Assembly (NCBI GenBank): GCA_964594835.1
Contig: CAZQNA010000004.1
Coordinates: 96,001-160,000, forward strand
DNA from: an uncultured Nitrososphaerota archaeon
Lineage (GTDB): Archaea > Korarchaeota > Korarchaeia > Korarchaeales > Korarchaeaceae
Direction: 5' to 3'
DNA: 64,000 nt
Shown: piece after piece, positions 57,969 through 64,000 of the stretch
Position numbering within the stretch: position 1 is the first letter of the stretch
How the letters are laid out: every line of letters begins with the position of its first letter
Translations under genes and position numbers: made by a program
Notes under the pieces: generated by a model
What the model was told of the DNA's origin: nothing
What the model saw: the letters and a program-made list of their open reading frames with translations, nothing else
The model's database searches: none

Positions 57969-59453
57969 CTATCCTCCCACGTACTTCCTCCTGACGTACC
58001 TCACGAAGCTCTCGGGGTCGATGTCCCCTCCCAGGGCGCGCCTCACCAGCTCCTTAGGCGAGTACACGGAGCCCCACCTCTGGATTCTCTCCCTCAGGAA
58101 CTCCATGATCTCCCCAAATCGCCTCTGGGCTATCTTCTCACCCAGCCCCGGTATCTTGGATCCGAGCTGGGCGGCCAGGACCGTGCCCACGAAGTACGTC
58201 GGGAAGTAGCCCACGGACCCCAGGGACCAGTGGACGTCCTGAATGACGCCGTCCGCGTATCCCCTGGGCCTCACCCCTATCAGACGCTCCATCTCGTCGT
58301 TCCAGAACTCCGGAAGTTCCCTCACCCCGAGGGAGCCCTCCAGCACCGACTTCTCGACCTCGTACCTCAGGTAGATGTGGAGGCCGTAGTGGACCTCGTC
58401 CGCCTCGACCCTGATCAGCTCGGGCCTCACCAGCGTGAAGTACTCGTAGACATCCCCTGGCGCGTACCTCCTCAGGAACGGGAGGGCCAGGGCCATCTCG
58501 TGAAAGGTGGCCTCCACGAACTCCCTGCTCCTGCCGACCACGTTCTCCCAGAACCTCGACTGCGACTCGTGTATCCCGTATGAGGCTCCCTCCTGGACCG
58601 GCGTGGCCCAGTAAGACCTGTCTATGTTCATGTCGTACGTGGCGTGCCCGAACTCGTGCACCACTGCCAGCAGGGACCTCCTGAAGTCCCTCGGGTGGTA
58701 CCACGTGGTGATCCGGACGTCGTCGAGACCTATCCCCGAGGTGAACGGGTGGGGGGACACGTCCATCCTGCCGCGGTTGAAGTCGAACCCGAGAACGTGG
58801 AGGATGTGCTCGTTCAGCCTGCGCATGGCCTCCCTGTCGTACTCCTCCCCCTCGAGCGGGTGCTCCCTCGGCCTCCCCTCGGTGATCCGCTTGAACAGGC
58901 AGGAGAGATCGTCCACCACGGAGAAGAGGCGCTCGCAGTCCTTCACCGTGAACCCCTCCTCGAACCTGTCCAGCAGGGCGTCGTACGGGTGGTCCTCGTA
59001 CCCCAGGTACTCGGCCTTCCTCCTCTGGAGATCGAAGACCCTCTCCAGCGTGGGGGCGAACGACTGGAAGTCGTCCCTGCCCTTGGCCCTCACCCACTCG
59101 GTGTAGGCCCTGGTCGTCACCCTGGCCTCCTCCTCCACGAACTCGGGCGGGAGCTTGGCGTAGTACTCGATGTCCCTCTTCAGGACCCTGATCACGCCAG
59201 CCTCGAAGTCGTTGGCGGGCCTGGCGGACTCCACCAGGGACACGAACTCGGGGTGCGTCATGAGCCTCTGCACCATCCTCCGGAGGACGGCCCTCGCCTC
59301 TCCCCTCTCGACGGCCGAGCCAGGGGGCATGTACGTCTCCATGTCCCAGCCCATGAGCGAGAGGCCGTAGTAGACCGCCCACAGGTCCCTGTACCTTGAG
59401 AGGATCTCCCTGACCTCGGGGGTCTCGACGGGGGGCTTGAACTCTGCTTCCAT
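57969..59453 (-). CDS. Carboxypeptidase, family M32
   Basis: HPF, DVRITT, HEFGHA, HESQSRFWEN, IRVEADE, QDVHW, GYFPTY. Confidence 0.95.
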   Translation of the reverse strand: MEAEFKPPVETPEVREILSRYRDLWAVYYGLSLMGWDMETYMPPGSAVERGEARAVLRRMVQRLMTHPEFVSLVESARPANDFEAGVIRVLKRDIEYYAKLPPEFVEEEARVTTRAYTEWVRAKGRDDFQSFAPTLERVFDLQRRKAEYLGYEDHPYDALLDRFEEGFTVKDCERLFSVVDDLSCLFKRITEGRPREHPLEGEEYDREAMRRLNEHILHVLGFDFNRGRMDVSPHPFTSGIGLDDVRITTWYHPRDFRRSLLAVVHEFGHATYDMNIDRSYWATPVQEGASYGIHESQSRFWENVVGRSREFVEATFHEMALALPFLRRYAPGDVYEYFTLVRPELIRVEADEVHYGLHIYLRYEVEKSVLEGSLGVRELPEFWNDEMERLIGVRPRGYADGVIQDVHWSLGSVGYFPTYFVGTVLAAQLGSKIPGLGEKIAQRRFGEIMEFLRERIQRWGSVYSPKELVRRALGGDIDPESFVRYVRRKYVGG

Positions 59454-59553
59454 GGCGGGTCGCGCCGTCCGCCTCTCCCAAGTAAAGGAGTTTGCCCCGA
59501 GCCGGGGCCCGGCGAGCTATAATATCGCCCCACCCCGTGACCCCGGAGAGGCC

Positions 59554-60525
59554 TTGGAGAGGTTCCCCGAGGGCGTCCTGAAGAGGTCGTTTGAGGAGAG
59601 GTACCGCAGGCTGATGGGGGAGGAGTACGCCGAGTTCCTCAGGTTCATGGCCACGAGGCCGATCCCCTCCATCCGCCTCAACCCGATGAGGGCGGATCCG
59701 GACGCCCTCAGGGCCAGGCTGGAGTCGAGGGGGTGGGTTCTGAGGCCGATCCCCTGGTACGAGCACGGGTTCTGGGTCCTGAGGGGGCCTGAGAGGCTCG
59801 GAGCCACTCCAGAACATCAGCTGGGGCTCTACTACGTCCAGGAGGCCGCCTCCATGGTGCCGCCCGCGGCCCTCGCCCCGTCACCCGGGGAGAGGGTCTT
59901 GGACATTGCCGCGGCCCCGGGGTCCAAGACCACCCAGATGGCGGAGATGATGGGGTGGAGGGGCGTCGTCCTGGCCAACGACTCGAACCCAGGCAGGGCA
60001 AACGCCCTCTCGGCCAACGTCCAGCGGATGGGCTGTCCGAACGTGGTCGTGACCGTCAGGGACGGGAGGCGCCTGCCAGAGGTCCTGGGGGAGGGGAGGT
60101 TCGACAGGGTGCTGGTCGACGCGCCCTGCTCGGCGGTCGGAGAGGCCAGGAGGAGCTGGGGATCCCTGCGGAGGTGGAGCCTGAGGGCCGTCAGGAGGAT
60201 CTCTCGGCTCCAGACCTCGCTGGCCCTCGCCGGCTACAGGCTCCTGAAGCCCGGGGGGCTGATGGTCTACTCCACCTGCACCCTCGACCCGGAGGAGAAC
60301 GAGTTCGTGGTTCAGAGGCTCGTCCAGGAGGGGGCCGAGCCCGTCAGGCCGAACCTGAGGGGTCTGAGGTCGAGGCCGGGCCTCACCAGGTGGGAGGGGG
60401 TCGAGCTCGACCCCTCGCTGGCGAGGACGCTCAGGATCTACCCTCAGGACAACGACACCCAGGCGTTCTACGTCGCCCTCCTTCGGAAGCCCCTGGACGC
60501 CGGAGGGGGAGGTGCGCGGGTGTGA
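59554..60525 (+). CDS. RsmB/NOP2/Sun family RNA m5C methyltransferase
   Basis: YVQEAASM, AAAPGSKTT, DAPCS, YSTCT, EENE. Confidence 0.92.
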   Translation: MERFPEGVLKRSFEERYRRLMGEEYAEFLRFMATRPIPSIRLNPMRADPDALRARLESRGWVLRPIPWYEHGFWVLRGPERLGATPEHQLGLYYVQEAASMVPPAALAPSPGERVLDIAAAPGSKTTQMAEMMGWRGVVLANDSNPGRANALSANVQRMGCPNVVVTVRDGRRLPEVLGEGRFDRVLVDAPCSAVGEARRSWGSLRRWSLRAVRRISRLQTSLALAGYRLLKPGGLMVYSTCTLDPEENEFVVQRLVQEGAEPVRPNLRGLRSRPGLTRWEGVELDPSLARTLRIYPQDNDTQAFYVALLRKPLDAGGGGARV

Positions 60526-61016
60526 GCGGGCGGGACAGGGAGGACAGGCTGCTCTCCGCGCTGAGGGAGAGGTTCGGGATAGAGGGGATGCCGGAGGGGC
60601 TTTCGCTCCTCGCCTCCGCGAAGAGGGCCAGGCTGGTCACGAGGGAGGCCCTAGAGTTCCTCGAGGTCGCCTCCGTGGCCGGGGTGTACGCGGCCAGGGA
60701 GACCCCCTTCGGCGTCCACCTCAGCATAGAGGGGACGGCGCTCCTCGGTCCGCTGGCCAAGAGGAACGTCGTGGGGATCCCCGAGGATCTCGTTGACGCC
60801 TGGATGTCGGGCTCCGACCTGGAGCTCGGCGGGCTCCCGGAGGTCGAGCCGGGCCCGGTCATCCTGAGGTGCGGGGAGGTGTACCTGGGCTCTGGGATCT
60901 ACGACGGCCGGAGGATCAGGAACATGGTGTCCCGAGCCAGGAGGTCCGAGCCGGGGCAGGGGCTCATGGACTACGCCCTGAGGAGGGAGAAAGAGGAGGC
61001 GGGAGGGGAGGCCTGA
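60522..61016 (+). CDS. NOL1/NOP2-associated PUA-like protein (RsmF C-terminal-like)
   Basis: LSIEG--L-G--A-RNVV, W-SG-DL, LGSG; GTGA-coupled to the methyltransferase. Confidence 0.75.
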   Translation: MSGRDREDRLLSALRERFGIEGMPEGLSLLASAKRARLVTREALEFLEVASVAGVYAARETPFGVHLSIEGTALLGPLAKRNVVGIPEDLVDAWMSGSDLELGGLPEVEPGPVILRCGEVYLGSGIYDGRRIRNMVSRARRSEPGQGLMDYALRREKEEAGGEA

Positions 61017-61025
61017 CGGCCCGGC

Positions 61026-63458
61026 TCAGAGGAGGTCGAACTCGAAGACGTCCTCGGCCTCCTCGAGCTTGGCCAGCCTCTCGAGCACGAGCCTCCTCTC
61101 TATCCTGGCGACGAGCCTCCTGGTGCTGATCACCGCGTCCGGGTTGACGCTGATGCTGTCGATGCCAGCCCTGACCAGGAACTCGGTGAAGTCCGGGTAG
61201 ACGCTCGGGGCCTGCCCGCAGATGCTGACGGTCCTGCCGTCCCTGTGAGCCACCTTGATCAGGTGCTGGATCATCCTCTTGATGGCGAGGTCCCTCTCGT
61301 CGAAGTACCTCGGATCTATCTTCGGTAGGACGCCGCTGTCCCTGTCGACGCCCAGGGTCAGCTGGGTGAGGTCGTTGGAGCCTATGGAGTAGCCCTGGAA
61401 GTACCTGTTGAACTGGTCCGCGAGCACGACTATGCTGGGCACCTCGGCCATGGCCCAGACCTGGAAGTCCCTGCCCGGCCTGAGGCCCTCGTCCTCCATG
61501 ATGGCTATGGTCTTCTCTGCCTCCCAGACGGTCCTGACGAAGGGTATCATGACCCAGACGTTCCTGAGGCCCTGCTCGTGGAGGGACCTGATGGCCCTGA
61601 GCTCCAGCCTGAAGGCGGGCTCGAACTCCTTGCTGATGTACCTGGAGGCGCCCCTCCAGCCTATCATGGGGTTGGCCTCCTCTGGCTCGTACTCGGCCCC
61701 TCCCTCCAGCTTGGCGTACTCGTTGGTCTTGAAGTCGCTGAGCCTGACGACGACCGGCCTCGGGTAGATGGCCCTGGCCACCGTGCCTATGCCCTCTGCG
61801 AGCTTCTCGACGTAGAAGTCCTCCTTGCCTATGGACATGGCGTAGAGCGGGTGCATCTTGATCCAGCTGGCTATGATGAACTCGATCCTCATGAGGCCGA
61901 TCCCGTCGATGGGCAGGTCCTTGTACTGCTCGATCTTCTCGGGGATGCCGAGGTTCATGTAGATCTTGGTCCCGGTGACCGGGATCTCGAGCGTGGGGCC
62001 GGCCACTATCACGGCCTCTCCCGCGGCCGTGGGCGCGGCAGGCTTCTTGATGAGGTCCTCCCTGACCCCCTCGTACACCACGCCGGTACCGCCGTCGACC
62101 GTGTACTTCTTCCCCGTCTGGAGGACCTGGGTGGCCTTCCCGGTCCCGACTATGCACGGGATGCCCAGCTCCCTGCTGACTATGGCGGCGTGGCTGGTCA
62201 TGCCTCCCTCGTCGGTCACTATGGCGCTCACGATCTTCATGTAGGGCTCCCAGTCCGGCGTGGTCATCTTGGTCACGAGGACGTCGCCCTCCTTGATCAT
62301 CTGGGCGGCCTCGTCGACCGTGAGGGCGACCTTGGCCACGCCCGCGGCCACTCCGGGGCTGGCCGGGAGGCCCTTCAGGACCGGCTCACCCTTGGCCGCC
62401 TCGACCTCCTCCACGGCGGCCGAGGACCCGGACCCCGCCTCGGCCTCGACGGCCTTGAGGCTGTAGACCGTCTCCGGCCTGGCCTGAAGGATGAACACGT
62501 TCTCGGGCCACTGGAAGTCCTTGTCTATCGCCCACTCGACGTCCATGGGCCTTCCGTAGTGCTCCTCTATCTTCACTCCATACTCAGCGAGCTTCCTGAT
62601 CTCCTGATCCGACAGGGAGAACTGCTGGCGCCTGTCGGGCTCTACCTCCCTCTCCTCCGTCCCTCCGTTCGAGAGCATCACTATCTCGATCCTCTTGTCC
62701 CCAAGGTGCTTCTCCTTTATCTCCAGCGTCTCCTTGTCGACCACGAAGGTGTCCGGCGTGACCTTCCCGCCCACGACAGTCTCGCCGAGCCCGTAGCTCG
62801 ACTCGATGACCAGCTCGTCCATGGCGCCCGTCACCGGGTTGATTGTGAACATGACGCCGGCGCTCCTGGAGTTGACCATCTTCTGGACGGCCACGGAGAT
62901 CAACACGTCCTCGTGCCTGAACCCCTTGTCCTCCCTGTAGGATATGGCCCTCGCCGTGAACAGGCTGGACCAGCACCTCCTCACCTTGTCGATGAGGTCG
63001 TCCTCGCCCCTTATGCCGAGGTAGGTGTCCTGCTGGCCCGCGAAGCTGGCGTCCGGAAGGTCCTCCGCCGTGGCCGAGCTCCTGGCCGCGACGAGCGGGT
63101 TGGGGATGCCTATGAGGTCTCCCAGCCTCCGGTAAGCAGCCTTTATGGCCTGCTCGATGTCCTCGGGGATGGGCGTGCTCTCTATGAGCTGCCGGATCCG
63201 CCTGGACGCCTCCTGGTACTCCTGAGGCTTCTTCTCCTTCACGACCTCCTTTATGATCCTGTAGATCTCGTGGGCGATCCCGGTCTCGGTTATGAACCTC
63301 TGGTACGCGTAGGCGGTGACCGCGAACCCTGGGGGAACGGGGAGGCCGAAAGACCTCATCTCTCCCAGGTTGGCCACCTTGCCCCCGACGAGGGGGACGT
63401 CCTCCTTGCGCACCTCGTCGAACCACAGGACGAGTGCCCTCTCCTTGGCCTGACCCAA
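61026..63458 (-). CDS. ppsA: Phosphoenolpyruvate synthase
   Basis: GGK-ANLGE, RSSATAEDL, SFAGQQ, QARPET, GG-TSHAAIVSRE, EANPMIGWRG, SIGSNDL, ICGQAP. Confidence 0.95.
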   Translation of the reverse strand: MGQAKERALVLWFDEVRKEDVPLVGGKVANLGEMRSFGLPVPPGFAVTAYAYQRFITETGIAHEIYRIIKEVVKEKKPQEYQEASRRIRQLIESTPIPEDIEQAIKAAYRRLGDLIGIPNPLVAARSSATAEDLPDASFAGQQDTYLGIRGEDDLIDKVRRCWSSLFTARAISYREDKGFRHEDVLISVAVQKMVNSRSAGVMFTINPVTGAMDELVIESSYGLGETVVGGKVTPDTFVVDKETLEIKEKHLGDKRIEIVMLSNGGTEEREVEPDRRQQFSLSDQEIRKLAEYGVKIEEHYGRPMDVEWAIDKDFQWPENVFILQARPETVYSLKAVEAEAGSGSSAAVEEVEAAKGEPVLKGLPASPGVAAGVAKVALTVDEAAQMIKEGDVLVTKMTTPDWEPYMKIVSAIVTDEGGMTSHAAIVSRELGIPCIVGTGKATQVLQTGKKYTVDGGTGVVYEGVREDLIKKPAAPTAAGEAVIVAGPTLEIPVTGTKIYMNLGIPEKIEQYKDLPIDGIGLMRIEFIIASWIKMHPLYAMSIGKEDFYVEKLAEGIGTVARAIYPRPVVVRLSDFKTNEYAKLEGGAEYEPEEANPMIGWRGASRYISKEFEPAFRLELRAIRSLHEQGLRNVWVMIPFVRTVWEAEKTIAIMEDEGLRPGRDFQVWAMAEVPSIVVLADQFNRYFQGYSIGSNDLTQLTLGVDRDSGVLPKIDPRYFDERDLAIKRMIQHLIKVAHRDGRTVSICGQAPSVYPDFTEFLVRAGIDSISVNPDAVISTRRLVARIERRLVLERLAKLEEAEDVFEFDLL

Positions 63459-63566
63459 GTAACCCACCGCACGGCTGCGGTCAACCACGCTTATAAAGGA
63501 TTTTGATCGATCCACGGCGCGCCCCAACCGGCCCAGAAGCCCGCTCCGACCCGAGATCGGCCCAGA

Positions 63567-64000
63567 TCATCCCTCAGGGCGGCCTCGTCTGGCCCTGGAT
63601 ATCGTGATCCCGTCCCCTACCCCCAGCCCTGAGGCGGCCGAGGCGCTGGCCATGTTCGAGGCGACCTCCATCAGGCCGACGCTCCCCCTCACCAGGAGGA
63701 GCCCCCCCTTCCCCCCTCCGCAAAGCACTCCGCCATTCTGACCGTCCACTCCCGCCCCAGGGCCCTCAGGCAGAGGTCCTCCCCGCACCAGTCGGGAAGC
63801 CCGTCCGCGGGCACGTTGGTCACCAGGTTCCCGAACCTGTCCACGTGGATCACCTCGCCCTGCACAGAGTCGGACGAGACCTTCGCCACCCTGACCGTCA
63901 GCCTCCTCATCTCCCGTAAGGCCGGGCCGAGCTCCCCGATCGGGGCGCCGGCCGCCAGCCGACCCGCGGCCGGGGCGACGAGGAACCTCCCATCGAACGT
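63567..64000 (-). pseudogene. SAM hydroxide adenosyltransferase / chlorinase family (DUF62), 3' part, frameshifted
   Basis: TFDGRF-AP-A..., HVDRFGNLVTN in one frame. The C-terminal GSVGLMEVASNMASA continues in another frame after the G6/G7 runs at 63702-63716. Confidence 0.7.

Noticed and set aside
61578-63506. Long antisense or alternate-frame ORFs (e.g. 61578-63506 +, 40013-41632 +, 58138-59817 -, 37322-38617 -)
   Set aside because: Shadows of well-supported genes caused by high GC at third codon positions; no recognisable motifs.

Overview
Very gene-dense, GC-rich chromosomal segment of a (hyper)thermophilic archaeon. The combination of histone, eS25, exosome Csl4, Rpo11, AglB, tetraether synthase, BpsA and a CdpB-like PRC-barrel protein suggests a TACK/Thermoproteota lineage such as Korarchaeia; this is an inference. 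The window holds about 62 CDS, mostly housekeeping, plus two intron-less CCA-encoding tRNAs (Arg-UCG, Asn-GUU) and one small DUF433/PIN toxin-antitoxin pair. I saw no CRISPR array, rRNA, transposase or integrase. The most notable signals are: (1) a non-cleavable, apparently dead AdoMet decarboxylase paralogue translationally coupled to branched-chain polyamine synthase; (2) a fusion of a degenerate UppP/BacA domain to a DedA/VTT domain, a possible dolichol-phosphate recycling module; (3) PspA (ESCRT-III family) paired with a membrane-anchored winged-helix protein; (4) several further intact ORFs that have lost catalytic residues; (5) probable CTG/ACG start codons; (6) a ~600-bp palindrome-rich, low-GC intergenic island upstream of the histone gene; (7) a homopolymer frameshift in a DUF62 gene with an atypical active-site motif. 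All calls come from manual motif recognition, not database searches, and start codons are best estimates.
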